A stretch of DNA of 64,000 nucleotides. Source: Myxococcota bacterium. GTDB taxonomy: Bacteria; Myxococcota_A; UBA9160; UBA6930. The notes under the pieces were generated by a model that saw only the letters and a list, made by a program, of their open reading frames with translations, searched no databases and was not told the origin of the DNA. The DNA lies in NCBI GenBank assembly GCA_965223705.1, contig OZ245015.1, forward strand, positions 1-64,000, read 5' to 3'. Position numbers and translations under genes: made by a program. The stretch's first letter is position 1, and each line of letters begins with the position of its first letter. Below are positions 57,209-64,000 of the stretch, in pieces.

Positions 57209-58201
57209 TCAACTCGCGAGGGCTGCGAGGTTGTCCTCGAAGCGCGGTACCAAACGGGGCGTCGCGGAAGAGACGGCGGACGGCGCCTCCCGGCCGAAGA
57301 GGCCATCGGCATGGCGGCCGAGACGCTCGAGCCCTCGCACTTCGTCTTCTTGCAGGACGCCGTGCAGGACGGGCATGGCAGCGAAGCACTCGGCGAGGCG
57401 CGCTTCACAGTCGCGCTGAACGGCCCACCATTCGCGGAAGAACGGCTCTCGAGCGGCAACGGGTGGTAGCAGCCGGTTGATGACGACACCGTCGCAGCGA
57501 ATGCCGAAGCCTTGCAGATCGGCATACACGCGTTGCGCCTCATCGACCGCTGCACTTTCCGGCGTCACCACGAGACGCATCGTCGTTCGAGCATCTGAAA
57601 ACAGCGCCTGGAGCGACTGGAAGCTTCGCCGAAAGAGTGCGTCGACCTCGTGGAGAGGACGCCGATCACAGGCCGGCCGATGCTCGATCTCGCTCCGGAA
57701 CCCCGCGGCCGCAGCGGCGACTACACGGCCCGCGCGGATGAACGCACTGCGCGTGGCGCGCGCGGCGCGCGGGGACATGAGCCAGTGCAACAATGCGCGG
57801 CTCGGAGCGCAATCGACCACAACGATGTCGTACTGACCCGACCTTGCCCGCTCGTCGGCCACCAACAGCGTGGTCAGTTCTCGAGCCCCCGGTAGCCACG
57901 CGAGCTCTCTCGCAAATACGTCCTCGGCACCGCGATCGCGAAAGGCCTCGAAAAATCTGCGAGCCGTTGTCGACGGCCGATCCACTCCGGTGGATCGATC
58001 GACCTCGATGGCGTCGAGGCGCGTTGCCACCCGTGTCGCGCGACGTGACAAGCGCCGCTGCAGAATGGTGTGAAGACCATGTGGCGACGCGCCCGAAACG
58101 ACGAGCACGCGCTCTCCGCGCCGAGCGGCCCAAAGTGCCGTAGCCGCCGCCGTTGTGGTCTTGCCGACGCCGGCGGGGCCTGTGTAGAGCACCACGCGCA
58201 T
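57209..58201 (-). CDS. ArsA/Get3-like ATPase (divergent)
   Basis: MRVVLYTGPAGVGKTTTAAATAL, LPGARE, YDIVVVDCAP, RLVVTPE, VVINRLLP, EVRGLERL. Confidence 0.82.
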   Translation of the reverse strand: MRVVLYTGPAGVGKTTTAAATALWAARRGERVLVVSGASPHGLHTILQRRLSRRATRVATRLDAIEVDRSTGVDRPSTTARRFFEAFRDRGAEDVFARELAWLPGARELTTLLVADERARSGQYDIVVVDCAPSRALLHWLMSPRAARATRSAFIRAGRVVAAAAAGFRSEIEHRPACDRRPLHEVDALFRRSFQSLQALFSDARTTMRLVVTPESAAVDEAQRVYADLQGFGIRCDGVVINRLLPPVAAREPFFREWWAVQRDCEARLAECFAAMPVLHGVLQEDEVRGLERLGRHADGLFGREAPSAVSSATPRLVPRFEDNLAALAS

Positions 58202-58234
58202 GTCTCTTCCCTCCCCGAGGTGGTGCGTCCGCAC

Positions 58235-58438
58235 CTACGCGGCGGACACGGCGGGAGGTTCCGCAACAAAACGAACAGGCACCGTGACGCGCCGCACCTC
58301 TCGGTGCCGACAACGCGAGCACTCGCTGAGACGCCAGTGTCGATGCCCGTCGACCACATCGTCTCGCTCGATGTCGGGACAGCCGCAGACCGCGCAGGGG
58401 AGTTCGCAAGGAAATTCGGAAGGGGAAGTCGAAAGCAT
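58235..58438 (-). CDS. Small Cys-rich (zinc-ribbon-like) protein
   Basis: CAVC...CSRC pairs; AGGAGG RBS upstream of the ATG; co-oriented with the ArsA pair. Confidence 0.6.
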   Translation of the reverse strand: MLSTSPSEFPCELPCAVCGCPDIERDDVVDGHRHWRLSECSRCRHREVRRVTVPVRFVAEPPAVSAA

Positions 58439-58530
58439 GGCTCACCTCCTGGGTGACACCCAAGAAACCCCAGTCGGGTGACACCTCCGGTCACGCCCGC
58501 AAAAAAAAGAACGCCGTTTCGAAGCGAGGA

Positions 58531-59088
58531 TCAGGACAGAGGAAGATCGCCGCGCCCGAACAGGGCCTCGAGCTCGAGACCACGCGCGGCGAACGCCTCA
58601 CGCGCTCCCTCACCCCGATCGACCAGGCAGAGCACCCGAGCCACCTTGCCCCCGGCCTCCTCGACGCGCGCCACGGCGTCGAGCGTCGAGCCGCCAGTGG
58701 TCGTGGTGTCCTCGACGAGAGCCACCTGCTGCCCCGGCTCGAAGCCCCCCTCGATGACGCGGCCGAGGCCGTGGGATTTCGCTTCTTTGCGAACGAAGAA
58801 ACCTACGAGTTCCGAGGCCTTAGGCTCCTGCGCGGCAGCGGCCAGCACTGCGGCGACAAACGGCACCGCGCCGACGGCCATCCCGCCGACGGCCGCGACG
58901 GGCGGCCCGGAGAGAAGACGCTCGAGCGTCAAACGCCCCGCCAGCGCGAGCCCTCGCGGCCGCATCAGGGTCTGGCGCAGATCGAGGTAGAAATCACTTT
59001 CGCGGCCACTCGCGAGAACCACTTTGCGGCGCTCGAACGACACGTCGAGGATGAGTTGGAGCAGCTCTGCGCGGTCCGTCTCGGCCAT
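58531..59088 (-). CDS. pyrE: Orotate phosphoribosyltransferase
   Basis: LASGRESDFYLDLR, VRKEAKSHG, VEDTTTTGGS, LVDR. Confidence 0.94.
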   Translation of the reverse strand: MAETDRAELLQLILDVSFERRKVVLASGRESDFYLDLRQTLMRPRGLALAGRLTLERLLSGPPVAAVGGMAVGAVPFVAAVLAAAAQEPKASELVGFFVRKEAKSHGLGRVIEGGFEPGQQVALVEDTTTTGGSTLDAVARVEEAGGKVARVLCLVDRGEGAREAFAARGLELEALFGRGDLPLS

Positions 59089-59224
59089 GAGGCGATCTCC
59101 CCCTTGGGGCAATGGGTTCGGCCCTACAAACGCCTTTGCGCGAGGCCTCGAAGACCGCAATTATCTAGCGCCCTTCGAGCGCAGGCCACACCCACGGACG
59201 GCCGCGAGAACAAGAGGAAAGCGC

Positions 59225-59827
59225 GTGAGGTTCAACGGAGCCAAAGTCAAGCTGTCGCGAAAGCTCGGTGTCGCCCTGACGGCGAAAGCCGCAAAGTACA
59301 TGGAGCGCCGCCCCTACGGGCCGGGCGTCCACGCTTCGGGCGGACGTCAAAGACGGTTGTCGGACTACGGCGCACAGCTCCTCGAGAAACAGAAGCTGCG
59401 CTTCCAGTACAACGTTCACGAGCGGCAGATGCGCAACTACTACAAGAGCGCATCGCAGATGAAGGGGCGCACCGGCGATAATTTGGTGCTTCTCCTCGAG
59501 ACGCGCCTCGATTCCATGGTGCTGCGCGCGGGTCTCGCCCCGTCGATCTTCGCCGCCCGCCAGGTCGTCGGGCACGGACACATCCTGGTCAATGGCAAGA
59601 AGGTCGACATCCCGTCGTACCGGGTCAAAGTGAACGACTTGATCTCGGTTCGGCCGAAGAGCCAGAACCTGCAGAACTTCGACCTCGACTACGAGTCCTA
59701 CCAGTTGCCGTCCTATATGGAGCGCGGCGAGACGAACTTCGAAGCGAAGCTGACGTCGTATCCGGTTCGCGAAGAAGTACCGATCATCTGCGACGTGCAG
59801 TACGTCGTCGAGTACTACAACCGGTAA
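59225..59827 (+). CDS. rpsD: 30S ribosomal protein S4 (stand-alone, no Zn ligands)
   Basis: PYGPGVH, SDYGAQLLEKQKLR, LETRLD, ARQVVGHGHI.VNGKKVDIPSY, VEYYNR. Confidence 0.96.
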   Translation: MRFNGAKVKLSRKLGVALTAKAAKYMERRPYGPGVHASGGRQRRLSDYGAQLLEKQKLRFQYNVHERQMRNYYKSASQMKGRTGDNLVLLLETRLDSMVLRAGLAPSIFAARQVVGHGHILVNGKKVDIPSYRVKVNDLISVRPKSQNLQNFDLDYESYQLPSYMERGETNFEAKLTSYPVREEVPIICDVQYVVEYYNR

Positions 59828-59832
59828 GCCCG

Positions 59833-59961
59833 ATGAAAAAATCGACGAAGCTGCCCCACCGAAAGCGCAACAAGAGCGCGCGCCACCGCTCGAAGCTCAA
59901 GGCGAAACACCGCCGAGCGCGACTCCGGCGAAGCTCTGGCCAGCGCAAAACCTACCGCTAG
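59833..59961 (+). CDS. 42-aa highly basic peptide
   Basis: ATG 5 nt after the rpsD stop; MKKSTKLPHRKRNKSARHRSKLKAKHRRARLRRSSGQRKTYR*; below the ORF-track size cutoff. Confidence 0.65.
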   Translation: MKKSTKLPHRKRNKSARHRSKLKAKHRRARLRRSSGQRKTYR

Positions 59962-59962
59962 C

Positions 59963-60892
59963 TCACGATAGTCGGACGGCCCGCCCGAGATCTTCGGACG
60001 CTGTGGCGACCGCGGCATCGATCGCCCGTTCCCACGTGGCGACGTCGTCCGCAACCGCGGCTTCCGCCGGAAACAGCACCGAACGCGATGCGTTGACGAG
60101 ACCCCCTTCGAGGAACCCGACGGGCCCCGGAACGAAGCCCGCCACGGCGTCCTTCGCCGAACCGCCCTGTGCACCGTAACCGGGTACCAAGAAAAGCGAG
60201 CGGGGCAGGGCAGCGCGCAGCCGCGCGGCATCGGTCGGGTAGGTCGCACCCGCCACCACGCCGAGGTTCGACCACGCCTCGGTGCCGGTCAAACGGTCGG
60301 CCAGCGGCGCGAGTGCGGCCGCCACGCGCGCGAAGAGCGGGTCCGCTCCGACGATTAAATCCTGGAAGTCCCGTGCACCGGGGTTGCTCGTTCGGACGAG
60401 GACGAAGAGCGCTTTCCCGTGTGCGCTCGCTCGAACCACGAACGGTTCGAGGGCTTCGACACCGAGGTAGGGATGCAGCGTGAGTGCGTCGGCTTCGAGG
60501 GGCGCCCCCGGCTCGAGATACGTCGCGGCGTAAGCATCGGACGTCGCTCCGATGTCACCCCGCTTGGCGTCGAGGATGACGAGTAGACCGGCCTCTCGCG
60601 CCCTGCGCGTCACGTTCTCCAGGACTTCGAGCCCGCGCCAGCCGAGACATTCGAAATAGGCGCTCTGCGGTTTCACCGCCCCCACCCGCCCGGCGAGTCG
60701 CTCGATCAGCGCGAGACAGAATCGACCCACCGCCGTCGCGGCCGACGCCGCGTCGCGTTCCGGCCCGTCGAAAAAGAGGGCCGGTATCCGGTCGGCGCGC
60801 GGATCGAACCCGACGCAAAGGGGATGCCCCAGAGACCGTTCTGCGGCGATCCAGCGAGCCGCAAAGGAATCGGTGTCGTCGGGGTTCCGCAC
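59963..60892 (-). CDS. pyrF: Orotidine-5'-phosphate decarboxylase
   Basis: LCVGFDP, KPQSAYFE, DAKRGDIG.T, RTSNPG, VAGAT, LVPGYGAQGG, NASR. Confidence 0.94.
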   Translation of the reverse strand: MRNPDDTDSFAARWIAAERSLGHPLCVGFDPRADRIPALFFDGPERDAASAATAVGRFCLALIERLAGRVGAVKPQSAYFECLGWRGLEVLENVTRRAREAGLLVILDAKRGDIGATSDAYAATYLEPGAPLEADALTLHPYLGVEALEPFVVRASAHGKALFVLVRTSNPGARDFQDLIVGADPLFARVAAALAPLADRLTGTEAWSNLGVVAGATYPTDAARLRAALPRSLFLVPGYGAQGGSAKDAVAGFVPGPVGFLEGGLVNASRSVLFPAEAAVADDVATWERAIDAAVATASEDLGRAVRLS

Positions 60893-60949
60893 GGTCGGCA
60901 GAGTACCGAATTCGCTCTCGCGAGCGTCCGAGAGCTACGCTTGCGCGCC

Positions 60950-62092
60950 ATGCCGCGCCGCCTGCCGAACCCGATCCGTTTCTCTCTCGAAGCGCGAGAC
61001 GATCACGCGCGCGCGGCGCGCCTATCGACGCCTCACGGCGATGTCGAAACGCCTGCATTCATGGTCGTCGGCACCCACGCTGCGGTTCGTGCCCTCACGC
61101 CGGAACAAGTCGATGCGACGGGCACGGATGTCGTTCTCGCGAACACGTACCACTTGATGTTGCGCGGTCGCAGCGGGGTCATCGAGAAACTCGGCGGCCT
61201 GCACGACTTCATGAACTGGCCGAAAACCATCCTGACCGACAGCGGAGGCTTTCAGGTCTACTCGCTTCCGAAGAAGGCGATCACCGAGCGCGGTGTCACG
61301 TTCAAGAACGAACTCGACGGCTCGGAGAGCGAGCTCACGCCCGAGCGCTCGATTGAAGTTCAAAACGCACTCGGCGCCGATATCATCATGGCGTTCGACG
61401 AATGCACGCCGTTTCCCGCGACGGAGAAGGAGGCGCAGCGTGGCGTGGGTCGCACGCTCCGGTGGCTCGAGCGGTGCCTGCGCGCGCACGAGAAGCCGAG
61501 GGAGCAGGCGCTCTTCGGCATCGTCCAGGGGAGTGTGTATCCGGATTTGCGGGCTTCCTGCGCCCAGGGTGTCGTCGCGATGGATCTACCGGGGTACGCG
61601 ATCGGCGGCGTTTCGGTCGGCGAGGGACACGAGCTTCTATGCGACATCACACGTCGCACCGCGCCGCTCTTGCCGGAGAACAAGCCCCGCTATCTGATGG
61701 GCGTCGGACTTCCGGAAGATCTCGTCGCCTGCATCGGCTACGGAATCGACCTGTTCGATTGTGTGATCCCGACGCGCTACGCGCGCTCCGCCAGCGTCTT
61801 CACCCGAAGCGGGCGGCTCCGCCTGACGCACCGGCGATTCCGGCGCGACCGCTACCCGATCGATACGCGCTGCCCCTGCGCTGTATGCAGTCGCGGTGTG
61901 TCGCGCGCGTACTTGCACCACCTGTTTCAGGCCAACGAAATCCTGTCCGCGGTCTACGCGTCGATTCACAATGTCCACTTCTATCAGGAACTCCTGCGGG
62001 ACGCGCGACACGCTGTGGCTCGCGGCGACTACAAGGCGTTCCAAGAGGATTTCCTCGGCCGTTACGGCGCCGCCGGAGGGGGCTCGTCTTGA
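60950..62092 (+). CDS. tgt: tRNA-guanine transglycosylase
   Basis: TPAFM.VGT, NTYHL, TDSGGFQV, FGIVQG, GGVSVGE, PRYLMGVG, FDCV.PTR, CxCxxC...H. Confidence 0.95.
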   Translation: MPRRLPNPIRFSLEARDDHARAARLSTPHGDVETPAFMVVGTHAAVRALTPEQVDATGTDVVLANTYHLMLRGRSGVIEKLGGLHDFMNWPKTILTDSGGFQVYSLPKKAITERGVTFKNELDGSESELTPERSIEVQNALGADIIMAFDECTPFPATEKEAQRGVGRTLRWLERCLRAHEKPREQALFGIVQGSVYPDLRASCAQGVVAMDLPGYAIGGVSVGEGHELLCDITRRTAPLLPENKPRYLMGVGLPEDLVACIGYGIDLFDCVIPTRYARSASVFTRSGRLRLTHRRFRRDRYPIDTRCPCAVCSRGVSRAYLHHLFQANEILSAVYASIHNVHFYQELLRDARHAVARGDYKAFQEDFLGRYGAAGGGSS

Positions 62093-62143
62093 GGGCGCGT
62101 CGTCCCTTGCGCCGACGGACCGATCCCCCTACCTAAAGCGCCC

Positions 62144-63247
62144 ATGGCTCTCCGCTGCGGCATCGTCGGACTACCGAACGTCGGAAAGAGCACGCTCTTC
62201 AACGCGCTCACAGAGGCCGGTATCGCCGCGGAGAACTACCCGTTCTGCACGATCGAGCCGAACTCCGGCGTCGTTCCGGTGCCCGATCCGCGGCTCGCCG
62301 CACTCGACGCGATCGTCCACTCGGCCCAGGTCATCCCGGCGACGGTCGAGTTCGTCGATATCGCGGGGCTCGTGCGCGGCGCCTCCCAGGGAGAGGGCCT
62401 CGGCAACCAGTTTCTCGGTCACGTGCGCGAAACCCGCGCCATCCTTCATGTGGTCCGGTGCTTCGACGATCCGGACGTCACCCACGTCGACGGCGGCGTC
62501 GATCCCGTGCGGGACACCGCGACGATCGAGACCGAGCTGGGATTGGCCGATCTCGAAACGCTGGAGAAACGCCTCGAGCGCCTGCGCAAGAATGCGAGAG
62601 CCGGAGGGAAGGCCGGGGAAGAAGCGCGACGCGATGTGGGCTTCCTCGAAGAACTCGTCGCCCACGTGGGCGACGGCCAGCCCGCGCGGAGCTTCGAAGT
62701 CGCCGACGCGTTCGTCGATTTGTTCCACAGCTGCCATCTGCTGACCGCGAAGCCGGTCCTCTACGTCGCCAACGTCGACGAAAAAGGGCTCGAAGAAGAC
62801 GATGTTGCCACCCGAGCTCTCGAGGCGCATGCCGCCGCGAACGGCGCGGGCTGCGTGCGCATCTGCGGAAAAATCGAAGCGGAGCTCTCCGAGCTTTCGG
62901 CTGAAGAACGCGCGCTCTTTCTCGAAGATTTGGGCGCCTCAGAGCCCGGCCTCCACCGCCTCATTCGCGCCGCCTACGAACTTTTGTCGCTCATCACCTA
63001 CTTCACCGCGGGACCGAAGGAAGTGCGTGCCTGGACGATTCGGCGCGGCACGCTGGCGCCGCAGGCGGCGGCGGAGATCCATACGGATTTCGAGCGGGGA
63101 TTCATCCGCGCTGAGATCATCCCGTTTGATGCGTACATCGAAGCCGGCGGCGAAGCGGGCGCCAAGGCGGCGGGAAGAATGCGCGTCGAAGGCAAAGACT
63201 ACGTCGTACAGGACGGCGACGTCGTGCTCTTCCGCGTGGGAACCTGA
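62144..63247 (+). CDS. ychF: Ribosome-binding ATPase YchF
   Basis: [53 protein letters not shown]. Confidence 0.96.
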   Translation: MALRCGIVGLPNVGKSTLFNALTEAGIAAENYPFCTIEPNSGVVPVPDPRLAALDAIVHSAQVIPATVEFVDIAGLVRGASQGEGLGNQFLGHVRETRAILHVVRCFDDPDVTHVDGGVDPVRDTATIETELGLADLETLEKRLERLRKNARAGGKAGEEARRDVGFLEELVAHVGDGQPARSFEVADAFVDLFHSCHLLTAKPVLYVANVDEKGLEEDDVATRALEAHAAANGAGCVRICGKIEAELSELSAEERALFLEDLGASEPGLHRLIRAAYELLSLITYFTAGPKEVRAWTIRRGTLAPQAAAEIHTDFERGFIRAEIIPFDAYIEAGGEAGAKAAGRMRVEGKDYVVQDGDVVLFRVGT

Positions 63248-63738
63248 TGTCGCGCCGCCCCTCCCCCTTGACTCCGGAAGAAGTGCTCGACCGCTACACG
63301 AGCGGCCCGACGACCGGGGTGTTCACCGACGGTTCGTGTGAGGGGAATCCCGGTCCGGGGGGTTGGGCCGCGGTCTGGGTCGACGGCGACGTCGTCGTTC
63401 GCGAAGAGAGCGGCTCCGAGGCCGATACGACGAACAACCGCATGGAGCTCGCGGCGATGATCGCCGGCTTGCGCATGCTCTCCGCCGATTCGGAAATCAC
63501 GCTCTATTCCGACAGCAACCTGTGCGTCCAGACCGTGAATCAGTGGGCAAAAGGGTGGGAAGCGCGTGGTTGGAAACGAAAAAGCGGCCCCATCGCGAAC
63601 CTCGAACTCGTCCAAGAGCTGTATCGGCTGAAACAGGAGCGTCCGCGGGTACGCATCATGTGGATTCGAGCGCACGACGGCTCTCGTTGGAACGAATACG
63701 CCGACGCACTGGCTTTTCAGGCGTCCCCGGCCTCGTAG
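63247..63738 (+). CDS. rnhA: Ribonuclease HI
   Basis: TDGSCEGNPGPGGW, TTNNRMEL, DS, WIRAH...NEYADALA. Confidence 0.93.
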   Translation: MSRRPSPLTPEEVLDRYTSGPTTGVFTDGSCEGNPGPGGWAAVWVDGDVVVREESGSEADTTNNRMELAAMIAGLRMLSADSEITLYSDSNLCVQTVNQWAKGWEARGWKRKSGPIANLELVQELYRLKQERPRVRIMWIRAHDGSRWNEYADALAFQASPAS

Positions 63739-64000
63739 CGCTCCCACGAAAGCAGCGCATCGATGGATTTGCGCGGCGGCCGACCGTAGCGTCCCAAGGG
63801 CCATCCGATCGGAAGCAGTGCACACGTCGGAATTTCCGGCGGTAAGCCCAAGCGACGATCGAGCTCCGGACCGAATTCACGGTGGATCGTCGTGAGCGAC
63901 GCTCCGAGCCCCACGGCTCGGCAAGCGAGCAGAATATTCTGCACCGCGGGCATCAGCGCCTGGAGTTGCGGCTTGCCGCGGCGGGTAAAGCCCGCGACGA
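63717..64000 (-). CDS. Nitroreductase family protein (3' part; start beyond the window)
   Basis: PAVQNILLACRAVGLGASLTT...LLPIGWP...RK. Confidence 0.8.
   Translation of the reverse strand, partial: VAGFTRRGKPQLQALMPAVQNILLACRAVGLGASLTTIHREFGPELDRRLGLPPEIPTCALLPIGWPLGRYGRPPRKSIDALLSWERYEAGDA

Noticed and set aside
56308..58201. Arsenic-resistance operon
   Set aside because: No arsR/B/C/D or acr3, and the ArsA metalloid-binding cysteines are not evident.

Overview
High-GC bacterial chromosomal segment. The gene content suggests a diderm, possibly Myxococcota/deltaproteobacterium-like organism (inference only). The most notable region is the left edge (1-4430). A minus-strand gene missed by the ORF track (<1..568) translates to a clear homologue of the eukaryotic ALG1 chitobiosyl-PP-dolichol beta-1,4-mannosyltransferase. 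It lies head-to-head with a MurG-like GT28 outside any dcw cluster, followed by an STT3/AglB/PglB oligosaccharyltransferase with an intact WWDYG motif that runs into tRNA-Ser(GCT). Together these suggest a eukaryote-like Man-GlcNAc2 lipid-linked N-glycosylation system in a bacterium. The window also holds two tRNA-Ser genes separated by a LysR/STAS-SEC14 pair, acyl-CoA catabolic genes, an orphan GspE/PilB ATPase, a TonB receptor and a selD-hbd-serS-selB run. Further right are a degenerate membrane-arm-only nuoA/H/J/K/L/M/N cluster, gpsA, feoAB with a Fur-like box, ogt, galE, a histone-H1-like protein, gshB, PBP1A, gspA/gspB, type II PanK, two degenerate ArsA/Get3 ATPases, pyrE, a stand-alone rpsD with an unannotated 42-aa basic ORF, pyrF, tgt, ychF and rnhA. 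No CRISPR array, rRNA, transposase or integrase was found. All calls rest on motif recognition by eye; no database searches were run.
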